NCBI GenBank assembly: GCA_042563375.1
Contig: JBHPMF010000003.1
Coordinates: 9,244 to 73,243 of the forward strand
Direction: 5' to 3'
DNA from: Elusimicrobiota bacterium
GTDB lineage: Bacteria > Elusimicrobiota > Elusimicrobia > JACQPE01
DNA length: 64,000 nucleotides
Part shown: positions 55,439-64,000 of the stretch, piece after piece
Numbering within the stretch: the first letter of the stretch is position 1
How the letters are laid out: each line of letters opens with the position of its first letter
The notes under the pieces: model-generated
The model's database searches: none
The model's input: only the letters and a program-made list of their open reading frames with translations
Told to the model about the DNA's origin: nothing
Position numbers and translations under genes: made by a program

Positions 55439-58309
55439 ATGCCGCAGAAAATATTGACTAAACTTAAAAATAGCGCTGCCTGCATCAATATCCGGGGCGC
55501 CAAGACCCATAATTTAAAAGACATCGATCTTGAGATCCCCAAAAACAAGCTTGTCGTGATCACGGGGGTCTCAGGCTCGGGAAAATCCTCTCTTGCTTTT
55601 GACACTGTGTATGCTGAGGGTCAGAGGCGTTATGTTGAGAGCCTTTCGGCTTACGCGCGGCAATTCCTTGAGCTTATGGATAAACCCGATGTGGAGTCCA
55701 TAGAGGGGCTTTCACCCGCGATCGCTATCGAGCAAAAACCTCTTTCGCGTAATCCGCGCTCAACAGTGGCCACGCAAACCGAGATATACGATTACTTGAG
55801 ACTGCTTTTCGCGCGCGCCGGAACCCCGCATTGCGTGGATTGCAAGGATCCTATCAAGCCCACAAGCGCTTCCGAGATCGTTTCCCAGATGCTTAAGAGT
55901 TTTTCAGGAAATGAGCTATTCATATACGCGCCGATAGTGCGCGGCAGAACAGGCACGTATCAGGCGCTTTTTAGCAAGCTTAAATCAGGAGGATGGGTCA
56001 GAGCCAGGGTGGATGGGGATATCGTGGCGCTTGACGGTAAAGTGCCTGTGTTATCGCGCTATGTCAAACATACCATTGAGATCGAGATCGACAGGATAAG
56101 GATATCGAGCCAGCAAAGAGAACGCTTGGCAGAGGGCCTTGAGACTGCTTTCAGGGAAGGCCGGGGGCTTGCGCTTCTTGAGATGCCAAAGCAAAAAGTA
56201 AGCATGTACAAATCCCAGCATTTGAGCTGCCCGAAATGCGGCACAGGCGTTCCTGATATGGAGCCGAGACTTTTTTCTTTTAACAGTCCGTATGGAGCGT
56301 GCCCTGAATGCGAGGGTCTCGGCATAAAGATACGCGTTGATGAAGACCTTGTTGTGACTGATCCGTCATTGTCCTTGCGCGACGGGGCAATATCGGCCTG
56401 GAGTGATCCTGTGACAACAAGAACGAACAGGTGGAAGAATTCATGGCGCGAGTACTATGACGAGATACTCGAGCAATTAGCCGGGAAAAACAAGATCCCG
56501 ATGAATGTCCCGTGGAAGCGTTTGAGTAAAAGTTCAAGGGATATGCTTCTTTACGGGGGAGGCTATTACAAGATCCATTGGGCTAAGAATGAAAAAGAAT
56601 TCGAGGGCGTGATACCCGGACTCCAAAGACGTACAAACGAGACTGAGTCTGAATTCGTGAAAGAGGAGATAATGAGGCGTTTCATGCGAAAGGTGTCATG
56701 TCCCGCATGCCATGGAAAGCGTCTTAAAAAAGAAGCATTGTCTGTATTGGTCTCCGGAATGACGATCAACCAGGTGACTGACATGAGCATAACGCAAGCC
56801 ATTGAATTCTTTGAAAACTTGCGCCTTGGGGAAAGACAGGCGAATATCGCCAGATTGATCTTAAAAGAAATAAAAAGCCGTTTGTCATTTCTTGAGAATG
56901 TGGGCCTCAGCTACATAACCCTTAACAGGAAATCGCAAACACTTGCCGGCGGAGAAGCTCAGAGGATACATCTTGCCACGCAGATCGGCAGCGGTTTAAC
57001 AGGCGTGCTCTATGTCATGGATGAGCCCACTATCGGCCTTCACCCGAAAGACACCAAACTTTTACTGCAAGTCATCATGAAATTAAGAGATCAGGGCAAC
57101 ACATTGATACTCGTGGAGCATGATGAGGAGACCATACGAAGCGCGGATTGGATAGTGGACCTGGGTCCGGGAGGCGGGGAAACCGGCGGAAGTATCGTGT
57201 TCTCAGGCACGGTCGAGGATGTTCTTGGGTCAAAGCAATCCCTGACAGCAAGGTATTTGAACAGGGACATGAGCATTGCATTGCCCCAAGAATATCGCAA
57301 ACCCGGTGACAAAGCGCTTTTGATCCATGGGGCAAGGCAGTTCAACTTGAAGGATATCAATGTGAAGTTCCCGCTCGGGGTTTTTGCTTGCGTTACCGGG
57401 GTCTCGGGCTCGGGAAAATCAACTTTGGTGTATGAAGTGCTTTACAAGGCATGCGCCCAAAAACTCTACGGGGCAAAAGACCTGCCGGGGCTCCATGATA
57501 AAATAGCAGGTTTGGATCATATAGATAAGGTGCTTCTGGTCGATCAAAGTCCGATCGGAAGAACGCCAAGATCGAACCCCGCCACATATACTGAAGTCTG
57601 GTCTCCTGTAAGGGAACTTTTCAGCTTACAGCCGCTTGCCCGGCGCAGGGGGTACAAGCCGGGGCGCTTTTCATTCAACGTGCCCGGAGGCCGCTGTGAA
57701 CATTGCAAGGGCGACGGGTTGCTCAAGATCGAGATGCAGTTTTTAGCTGATGTTTACGTGATATGCGAAGTTTGCCGCGGAAAACGTTTTAATGAAGAGA
57801 CCCTTGATGTGCGGCTTAATGAGCGCTCAATATCTGACATTCTAAACATGTCAGTCGCGCAAGCTGCTGAATTCTTTAAGGATTTCCCGAAGATATTAAA
57901 GCCGCTTAAAACCATGAATGATATCGGACTCGGATACATACGTCTTGGCCAGAGCGCAACAACGCTTTCAGGGGGCGAGGCTCAGCGCATAAAATTGGCG
58001 GCCGAGCTTTGCAAGAGAGCCACAGGCAAGACCCTGTATATCCTTGATGAGCCTACAACAGGATTGCATTTTGATGATGTAAGAAAACTCCTGAAAGTCC
58101 TGAACTTTCTTGTAGATGACGGCAATACAGTGCTTGTTATCGAGCATAACCTTGATGTGATCAAAAGCGCTGACTGGATAGTGGATCTCGGCCCTGATGG
58201 AGGGGATGCCGGAGGCTGCGTCGTGGCTTGCGGAAATCCCAGGGAAGTAGCCGGATGCAAAGCCTCGTATACAGGGAATTACCTAAGACCCCTGTTTCTG
58301 TCATCCTGA
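55439..58309 (+). CDS. uvrA: Excinuclease ABC subunit A
   Basis: [12 protein letters not shown] twice, zinc modules CPKCG/CPECEG and [17 protein letters not shown], and LSGGEAQR signatures. Confidence 0.97.
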   Translation: MPQKILTKLKNSAACINIRGAKTHNLKDIDLEIPKNKLVVITGVSGSGKSSLAFDTVYAEGQRRYVESLSAYARQFLELMDKPDVESIEGLSPAIAIEQKPLSRNPRSTVATQTEIYDYLRLLFARAGTPHCVDCKDPIKPTSASEIVSQMLKSFSGNELFIYAPIVRGRTGTYQALFSKLKSGGWVRARVDGDIVALDGKVPVLSRYVKHTIEIEIDRIRISSQQRERLAEGLETAFREGRGLALLEMPKQKVSMYKSQHLSCPKCGTGVPDMEPRLFSFNSPYGACPECEGLGIKIRVDEDLVVTDPSLSLRDGAISAWSDPVTTRTNRWKNSWREYYDEILEQLAGKNKIPMNVPWKRLSKSSRDMLLYGGGYYKIHWAKNEKEFEGVIPGLQRRTNETESEFVKEEIMRRFMRKVSCPACHGKRLKKEALSVLVSGMTINQVTDMSITQAIEFFENLRLGERQANIARLILKEIKSRLSFLENVGLSYITLNRKSQTLAGGEAQRIHLATQIGSGLTGVLYVMDEPTIGLHPKDTKLLLQVIMKLRDQGNTLILVEHDEETIRSADWIVDLGPGGGETGGSIVFSGTVEDVLGSKQSLTARYLNRDMSIALPQEYRKPGDKALLIHGARQFNLKDINVKFPLGVFACVTGVSGSGKSTLVYEVLYKACAQKLYGAKDLPGLHDKIAGLDHIDKVLLVDQSPIGRTPRSNPATYTEVWSPVRELFSLQPLARRRGYKPGRFSFNVPGGRCEHCKGDGLLKIEMQFLADVYVICEVCRGKRFNEETLDVRLNERSISDILNMSVAQAAEFFKDFPKILKPLKTMNDIGLGYIRLGQSATTLSGGEAQRIKLAAELCKRATGKTLYILDEPTTGLHFDDVRKLLKVLNFLVDDGNTVLVIEHNLDVIKSADWIVDLGPDGGDAGGCVVACGNPREVAGCKASYTGNYLRPLFLSS

Positions 58310-58424
58310 ACTTGACGGGATGATACCGATTCATAGAATAAAAAGACCTGTACTATTCTCCGCCATTTAGGAATAGTGTCAGAATCTCATTAAGTTCCTT
58401 CGATGACTTTAATAAAGCGGACCT

Positions 58425-60035
58425 TTAGTATATAACCTGCCTGATCTCTGTGTGAAGATTGCCCCTTGATGAACTTGGTCCATAGAACCTGTCATTAACC
58501 GTTGCTATGACTTTTGTGTGACTCTCAAAAAATTCCCGCGCCTCGGGCATGCTCTTATACATGTCTATATTCTGCTTGTAGCTGTCATTAATGATCAGGT
58601 AGCGGATATTCTTATGCCTGAACATATCCAGGAAATGACTTCCTCCTAATGCTGTTTTGTGTTTGGGCGCGGCCAGCTGCAGATAAAAATCCATAAGATC
58701 CGTGCTGTAGTAAGTGCGGTCTGAAAATCCGAACCATAGAGTGGGAGATCCCATCACAGCCGTATCCGCGGGTATATGCGTGCGCAGGCGCTGCGTGTAT
58801 TGCCTGAGACTGCTGTCCTTGTATTGCCAGACTTTCAGGAATGAATCAGTCGCGTGCACGCCTATTATGGAAATAAGGATAACAACAGAGGCGGCATTAA
58901 GGAGTTTTTTCTGCGAGCCGGCAAGGCGTAGGATCATGGCTGCAAGGAGCATGTAAAAAAACGGGATATATGTGACCAGATAGGAAATAGTCTTATTGGC
59001 CACAGCCAGCGTCAGGAATGTGAATATCCCTCCGTAGCACCATAACAGGGTCCGCGTTCCGCTGGATCTTTCGCGCATTCCCCAGATAACAGTTATCGCG
59101 GCAATGATCAGGTATACGGCGTAGCGGTAATATCCCGATGAAACGACAAAGTTCAGATATCTTGTGATCTCAAAGGGGATCATGGCGAGCGGGGAATATA
59201 TGGGAGCTTGCTTCATAAGCCCCCAGTATTCATTCCATTGCATAAAGAATAATTGCGGATCAAGGAATATGTGCAGGATGAGCCATTGTATTCCGCCCAA
59301 AGCAAAACCTGCGCACAATGGCGCGATCATCTTTTTTTCAAGATCATTTGATGAATATCTCATCAAAGTCAGCAGGACAAGCAGAAATGGCGCTGCTATG
59401 CCGTTCATGTGCGCATCCGCTGCCAGAGCTGCTATGTACCCTGAGATGAAGATCAGGGTTCTTGATTTTGTATCCAAGGACTTTAGAAACAGCCATATGG
59501 AAGCCACAATGAACATAACAACAAGGGTATCGGGTCTTGCATCCCTGTATCTCCAAAAAAGCTGTGATGATGCCATAAGAAGGATCCCCGCAAAAGAGAT
59601 CTTCGCATTGAAGAGTCTGCGGCCTATCAGAAAGCTAAAACCAAGTATGGCTAGCGCGGCGATGAAGCTTATGAGTCTTGGAGCAGCCGGAGTCGTGCCT
59701 AAAAGCGCGAAGCCCATGGCGCAAAGACCCATGTGCACTTTTCCGAAAACAACCACGCTTTTTCCAAGGCCAACCCATCCTTCATACATGAGAGACCCGA
59801 AATGGCCGTGTTTCAGCCATGTCCATCCGGGTTCTGTATAGGAAGCTTCATCAGTGTAAACAAGAGGGTATTTCATTATCGCGAAAGCGCTCAGAACCAC
59901 GCTTGCTATGGCGAGCACGAGCAGGATTCCTATGATCATCCTTTCAAGTGCGCTGTTTTCGCGTATTATGCGGGTCATGTTATTAATTTTCTCAACCTGA
60001 GCAATTTTTGCATTTTTATCCACCCGCATCCGCAC
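58425..60035 (-). CDS. GT-C fold (GT39/ArnT-like) membrane glycosyltransferase
   Basis: About 12 TM segments and a first-loop YTDEASY acidic motif. Alternative start at 59978 (MTRIIREN). Confidence 0.6.
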   Translation of the reverse strand: MRMRVDKNAKIAQVEKINNMTRIIRENSALERMIIGILLVLAIASVVLSAFAIMKYPLVYTDEASYTEPGWTWLKHGHFGSLMYEGWVGLGKSVVVFGKVHMGLCAMGFALLGTTPAAPRLISFIAALAILGFSFLIGRRLFNAKISFAGILLMASSQLFWRYRDARPDTLVVMFIVASIWLFLKSLDTKSRTLIFISGYIAALAADAHMNGIAAPFLLVLLTLMRYSSNDLEKKMIAPLCAGFALGGIQWLILHIFLDPQLFFMQWNEYWGLMKQAPIYSPLAMIPFEITRYLNFVVSSGYYRYAVYLIIAAITVIWGMRERSSGTRTLLWCYGGIFTFLTLAVANKTISYLVTYIPFFYMLLAAMILRLAGSQKKLLNAASVVILISIIGVHATDSFLKVWQYKDSSLRQYTQRLRTHIPADTAVMGSPTLWFGFSDRTYYSTDLMDFYLQLAAPKHKTALGGSHFLDMFRHKNIRYLIINDSYKQNIDMYKSMPEAREFFESHTKVIATVNDRFYGPSSSRGNLHTEIRQVIY

Positions 60036-60098
60036 ATAGTTCGCATTAATTCGTGAAGATGATATTCTTCTTTCTCCTCTCTATTCTCCTCTCTGTTT

Positions 60099-60239
60099 TT
60101 CCTCCCCCCTTGCGGGGGACAGGCTTCCATATTAATGGAGATGCTAGTCCCGAAGGGCAATCCTGTAGTATGCCCTACGGGACAGTACTTGCAGGGTACC
60201 GGAGAGTGGGATCAAAGTGGGGGGTAATAAAGTTTCTCC
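60099..60239 (+). repeat. A-type element (copy A4) containing B, which contains C (three-level nesting)
   Basis: TTCCTCCCCCCTTGCGGGGGA[CAGGCTTCCATATTAATGGAGATGCTAGTCC[CGAAGGGCAATCCTGTAGTATGCCCTACGGGACAGTACT]TGCAGGGTACCGGAGA]GTGGGATCAAAGTGGGGGGTAATAAAGTTTCTCC. Confidence 0.75.
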
Positions 60240-60319
60240 ACTCTATTTCATCATTCATCATTCCTCATTTCTTCCCTGTATGCTGTCTATTGCATGCTTT
60301 CTCCTCTCTGCTGTCCGCG

Positions 60320-61018
60320 TCACGCAACCCGATAAAAGAGCACGTGATACGGGAAGTCTTCATTCTTTTCTGATGGTTTGGCCGCAGGCAGAAAAATAGG
60401 GGTGACCGCGACTTTGGCGTTCAAGGGTAAAGACCAGGTCTTTTTAATGATCTGTTCTTTGGCGGACTTGGGAAGTTTTTTGGTTCCTATGTAGAAGTTT
60501 CCTGTTTTGCGGTGGACTGTGAATGGGGCGTTGGAGATCAGTTCGCAGTATCCGAGCACACGGAGATATCTAAGCATAACAGCGTCTATGACGTAGAAGG
60601 AGTATTTGATACCGGGCTTTCGCAGGGAGGCGAGGCGGAAAAAATCCGCGAGAATTTTGCCTAAGTCTTTGGTTTCAGAGGCTGAACAATGCTGCGTCTG
60701 GCGATGGAATTTGAATTCCAACCACACATCCGTATTGGGCAGTTCTATATGCATGTCGATCCCGCGCTTGGGATGCTGCTTGGCGCATGGATATTCGGGA
60801 GTTATATCATCCAGACTGATCTTGCGCCTGGTAAGTTCGTGGCAGAAGTAGCTGCGGATGCTGTCTTCACATGTAAACATTTTTCCTTTTTGGTGGCGCC
60901 TCCTCAGGGCATTAAGAGTGGCATTAGCGCAGTTGACCAAAAGAGCATGGATCTTGGGGTGCGGGCTGGTCATGGAGAAGATTTTACTGGTTTTTTGGTT
61001 CCGGGGGCACCATGGCAT
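60320..61018 (-). CDS. Orphan PD-(D/E)xK nuclease-fold protein (putative)
   Basis: E(DS)IRSYFCHEL ... GIDMHIEL.....VWLEFKF (D...E-x-K). The first 19 codons of the ORF cover a solo palindrome arm (61029-61056), so M20 is preferred as the start. Confidence 0.45.
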   Translation of the reverse strand: MPWCPRNQKTSKIFSMTSPHPKIHALLVNCANATLNALRRRHQKGKMFTCEDSIRSYFCHELTRRKISLDDITPEYPCAKQHPKRGIDMHIELPNTDVWLEFKFHRQTQHCSASETKDLGKILADFFRLASLRKPGIKYSFYVIDAVMLRYLRVLGYCELISNAPFTVHRKTGNFYIGTKKLPKSAKEQIIKKTWSLPLNAKVAVTPIFLPAAKPSEKNEDFPYHVLFYRVA

Positions 61019-61346
61019 CTCCGTAAGTGAAAAGCGCAATTCTAAGCTTTGACCCCGGTGCTTCTCTTTATTCAATATCCATCATTCAGCCCCGCTTCCT
61101 TGTGTCATTCCTGAACTAAATTCAGGACAGGCTCTGAACTCGTTTCAGAATCTCAATAAGAACACCACTCTATCTCATCCCTCAGCCCTAAGCCCTCAGC
61201 CCTATCTTCATGTGGGATTTTAGAAAAAAGTTCGAAAAGGTTTGGTTTTCAGGCTGATTTAAATAATCAAATGTACGTTTCACGTGAAGATACCCGGCAC
61301 GGTCTTCATTCTTCATTTGGGCACGCGATAAACTGTGGTACCGGGA

Positions 61347-63035
61347 TTAGTGCGTGAGTTTTTTGTAGCGGATGCGTTTGGGTTGGATTTCTCCGAGAAT
61401 TTCCTTGCGGTTTTCTTCGTAGGCTTGGTAGTTGCCCTCAAACCAGGTCACTTTTGAGTCACCCTCAAAGGCAAGCATGTGGGTTGCAACTCGATCGAGG
61501 AACCATCGATCATGAGAGATGATCACGGCGCAGCCGGGAAAATTAGAGATGCCCTCCTCCAGCGCGCGCAAGGTATGGACATCCAAGTCATTGGTGGGCT
61601 CGTCCAAAAGTAAGACATTGGCGCCTTCCTTCAGCATTTTAGCCAGCTCAACACGGTTGCGCTCCCCTCCGGAGAGATTACTCACCAATTTCTGTTGATC
61701 GGACCCTTTTAAGTTGAAACGTCCTACATAGGCGCGCGAAGACATTTGCTTTTTTCCCAACAGAACTGTTTCGGAGCCGCCGCAGATCTCTTCCCAAACG
61801 TTCTTCTCTCCATTAAGCTGGCGCTCTTGGTTGACGACTCCCAACTTTACTGTTTCGCCAATCGTGAAAGTGCCTGCATCCGGCTTCTCCTGGCCCGTGA
61901 TGAGTTTAAATAGTGTGGTCTTGCCCGCCCCGTTGGCTCCGATGACGCCAACGATCCCATTGGGCGGAAGTTTGAATGATAAATTGTCGAAGAGGATATT
62001 GTCCCCGTAGGATTTAGAGAGGCCCTCGGCCTCAATAACCACATTACCCAAATGCGGGCCCGGCGGGATGTAGATATCAAGGCTGTCTATCACGGAATCC
62101 TTCTGCGAAGACTCTAACATCGTCTCGTAGGCGGATAGCCGCGCCTTAGATTTTGCTTGCCGGCCCTTTGCCCCTGCGCGCACCCACTCAAGTTCCAAGG
62201 CCAGCGCCTTTTGAAGTTTATTTTCGCTTTTGCTTTCCCGGGCAAGACGCTCTTGTTTTTGCTCCAGCCAGGACGCATAGTTACCTTTCCACGGAATGCC
62301 CTCGCCCCGACTGAGTTCCAATATCCAACCGGCAACATTATCAAGAAAGTATCGATCATGGGTCACAGCGATCACAGTGCCCTCATAGCGGCGAAGATGC
62401 TGCTCAAGCCATTCCACCGACTCTGCGTCGAGATGGTTGGTGGGCTCATCTAAAAGAAGTATGTCGGGCTTGGAAAGAAGCAGGCGGCAGAGCGCCACGC
62501 GGCGTTTTTCGCCTCCCGAGAGCGTCGCGCATTTGCGCTCGGGATCAGGGCAGCGAAGGGCGTCCATTGAGACTTCGAGCGTATTATCTAATTCCCAGGC
62601 GTTACAAGCATCAATTTTTTCCTGAAGTGTACCCTGTTTATTAAGAAGCTTCTCCATGCCCTCAGGGCTTAGATCCGGAGAGCCCAGCTGGTCACTGACT
62701 GTATTAAACTCCTGCAAAAGCCTCATGGCCTCGCCCATGCCTTCAGAAACCGTTTCCCTTACTGTTTTTTGAGCATCGATTTGCGGTTCCTGCTCCAGGA
62801 TGCCTATTGTGTATCCTTCGGACTTAGTGATCTGACCGGTAGATTCTTTGTCCATGCCCGCCATGATACGCAGTAGCGTGGACTTGCCGGAACCATTATC
62901 GCCCAAAACACCGATCTTGGCCCCGTAGTAAAACGACAGGTAAATGCCTTTTAAAACATGCTTGTTGGGCGGATACATCCGTCCGACATCAATGAGGGAA
63001 TAAATTATCTGTTTACTGTCTACAGTGGTCGCCAT
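61347..63035 (-). CDS. ettA: Energy-dependent translational throttle protein EttA (ABC-F)
   Basis: Two ABC cassettes (GDNGSGKST, GANGAGKTT; LSGGEKRR, LSGGERNR). The N-terminus aligns with EttA (YPPNKHVLKGIYLSFYYGAKIGVLG). Confidence 0.9.
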   Translation of the reverse strand: MATTVDSKQIIYSLIDVGRMYPPNKHVLKGIYLSFYYGAKIGVLGDNGSGKSTLLRIMAGMDKESTGQITKSEGYTIGILEQEPQIDAQKTVRETVSEGMGEAMRLLQEFNTVSDQLGSPDLSPEGMEKLLNKQGTLQEKIDACNAWELDNTLEVSMDALRCPDPERKCATLSGGEKRRVALCRLLLSKPDILLLDEPTNHLDAESVEWLEQHLRRYEGTVIAVTHDRYFLDNVAGWILELSRGEGIPWKGNYASWLEQKQERLARESKSENKLQKALALELEWVRAGAKGRQAKSKARLSAYETMLESSQKDSVIDSLDIYIPPGPHLGNVVIEAEGLSKSYGDNILFDNLSFKLPPNGIVGVIGANGAGKTTLFKLITGQEKPDAGTFTIGETVKLGVVNQERQLNGEKNVWEEICGGSETVLLGKKQMSSRAYVGRFNLKGSDQQKLVSNLSGGERNRVELAKMLKEGANVLLLDEPTNDLDVHTLRALEEGISNFPGCAVIISHDRWFLDRVATHMLAFEGDSKVTWFEGNYQAYEENRKEILGEIQPKRIRYKKLTH

Positions 63036-63133
63036 CTATAAATTATAGTACAGTCCTCGTGCCGGATACCGGCGCCGGTACCCTCGGGAACGCCCCCTCC
63101 ACATGTTAACTTTGTGTAAAGCAACCGATCGAA

Positions 63134-63379
63134 TCAGACCCACTGGCGCATAAGTTTTTTAATCTGGGATTGGTAGGGGGTGTTGCTCAGGCGGGCTTTT
63201 GTTTTGAACGCTCGCAATAGGTTTTCGGGCACTTTTATGCTGATGAGCTTGCTTTTGACGGGCTTGTTTTTGAAATGTAGAGTCCTAAAATCCTCGAGAA
63301 AGCGCAGAATGTCTTCGGGCTTCATCTTCTTGCACTGCTCTAAATATTCTTTTGAGAAATATTGCACTGGTCTTATCAT
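63134..63379 (-). CDS. BrnA/CopG-like (RHH) antitoxin-family protein
   Basis: 81 aa. C-terminal ISIKVPENLLRAFKTKARLSNTPYQSQIKKLMRQW resembles BrnA-type antitoxins. ATGA overlap with the upstream gene. Confidence 0.55.
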   Translation of the reverse strand: MIRPVQYFSKEYLEQCKKMKPEDILRFLEDFRTLHFKNKPVKSKLISIKVPENLLRAFKTKARLSNTPYQSQIKKLMRQWV

Positions 63380-63837
63380 TTCAATGCCTCCAGGGCCTTT
63401 ATATCTTCAACATCTTGCGGTCTACCGCTTGCCCTTTTCATAGCGATCAGGTCTTTTATTGCAACTACCGGTAAAAGAAGCCCGCCGGATCGGATTTTTT
63501 TAATTTTCATCTTCCCTAGATCGTGCGTGAGGATCAGATCAACTATCTCAACGGGATTATCGGGATTTACGAATGTCCAGGCTACGAGGTTTCTTTTCTC
63601 TATGTATTCCCTGCGAAAGTTGAAAACTTCGCTCGCTTCCACGGGAATGCGTGATTTCAGACCCATGCTTTCAAGAGCCTTGGCGGCTTTCAGGAAATTC
63701 TTTTCAGACAGACGCACGACGATATCAACATCCACCGTGCCGCGCACCGCCCCGTGCAAAGCCACGGCGAATCCGCCCGCTATGGCGTAGTCGATTCCCT
63801 TTTTGCCCAGCATCTGAGCGACTCTGTATAAATACAT
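63376..63837 (-). CDS. Minimal nucleotidyltransferase (Pol-beta superfamily) protein
   Basis: AIAGGFAVALHGAVRGTVDVDIVV (G[GS]-x-n-D-x-D) and C-terminal VVAIKDLIAMKRASGRPQDVEDIKAL. Confidence 0.65.
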   Translation of the reverse strand: MYLYRVAQMLGKKGIDYAIAGGFAVALHGAVRGTVDVDIVVRLSEKNFLKAAKALESMGLKSRIPVEASEVFNFRREYIEKRNLVAWTFVNPDNPVEIVDLILTHDLGKMKIKKIRSGGLLLPVVAIKDLIAMKRASGRPQDVEDIKALEALK

Positions 63838-63878
63838 GGTATATACCAGTATATACCATGTATTTTGGAAATTTTCAA
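63830..63878 (-). promoter_or_regulatory. 17-bp perfect inverted repeat (operator candidate) overlapping a TTGAAA-17nt-TATATA promoter-like signal and the NTase start codon
   Basis: 63830-63846 AAATACATGGTATATAC and 63849-63865 GTATATACCATGTATTT. -35 at 63873-63878 and -10 at 63850-63855 (minus strand). Confidence 0.45.
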
Positions 63879-64000
63879 GGGGGGTTATTCCGGGTTCTTA
63901 TTTTCTCAGTACGGCAGTATACATGACAGCCTCTAATAAGTCTTCTTTTTTGTTCTCCGGAACAGAGTTCCCGTGCCGGGCACCATCGGGCTACTTCTTA

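Noticed and set aside
60053-60399. Plus-strand ORFs (106 and 60 aa) across the A4 nested repeat
   Set aside because: The sequence consists of repeat-element DNA (G/C runs and hairpins). They also overlap the 3' end of the minus-strand PD-(D/E)xK ORF.

Overview
This 64-kb window looks like chromosome from an uncultivated diderm bacterium. The envelope markers are TolC, outer-membrane proteins ending in Phe, and a PorV-like barrel. No rRNA, CRISPR array, prophage or intact IS element is visible. Most genes are housekeeping and sit in recognisable operons. These include two CNNM/CorC paralogs, recO-glyQ-glyS, and ispE-spoVG-glmU-prs-rplY-pth. There is also a run of three nucleoside phosphorylases plus a HAD phosphatase, a tRNA-Arg with anticodon GCG, and iorA-iorB plus an ADP-forming acyl-CoA synthetase. 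Others are two GT-C type glycosyltransferases, def-fmt-PASTA-rpe-rpsP-trmD, a PfkB kinase, a methylmalonyl-CoA mutase large subunit, TolC, patatin, uvrA and ettA. Accessory or unusual coding content: (1) a four-gene operon of an N-acyl-ornithine-type carbamoyltransferase, a ThrC-like enzyme, a PLP lyase/thiolase-like enzyme and an 8-oxoguanine-deaminase-like amidohydrolase, with no arginine or threonine pathway context; (2) two loci whose proteins share a conserved N-terminal TM + TSYYPSPYGxYKE motif encoded by divergent codons, in one case followed by a BNR propeller; (3) a secreted protein that reads like a tandem SpoVG fold; (4) a PorV-like barrel fused to a coiled coil and LysM; (5) an ATPase with a DUF4143/PD-(D/E)xK tail next to the tRNA; (6) an orphan PD-(D/E)xK protein; (7) a nucleotidyltransferase + BrnA-like pair with a 17-bp palindromic operator. 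The strongest non-genic signal is a dense network of small palindromic MITE/REP-like elements nested inside each other. They donate stop codons, encode signal-peptide cores, and are inserted in frame into genes. One is a perfect 63-bp palindrome in the interdomain linker of the essential trmD. All calls come from reading the sequence and motifs by eye; no database search was run.
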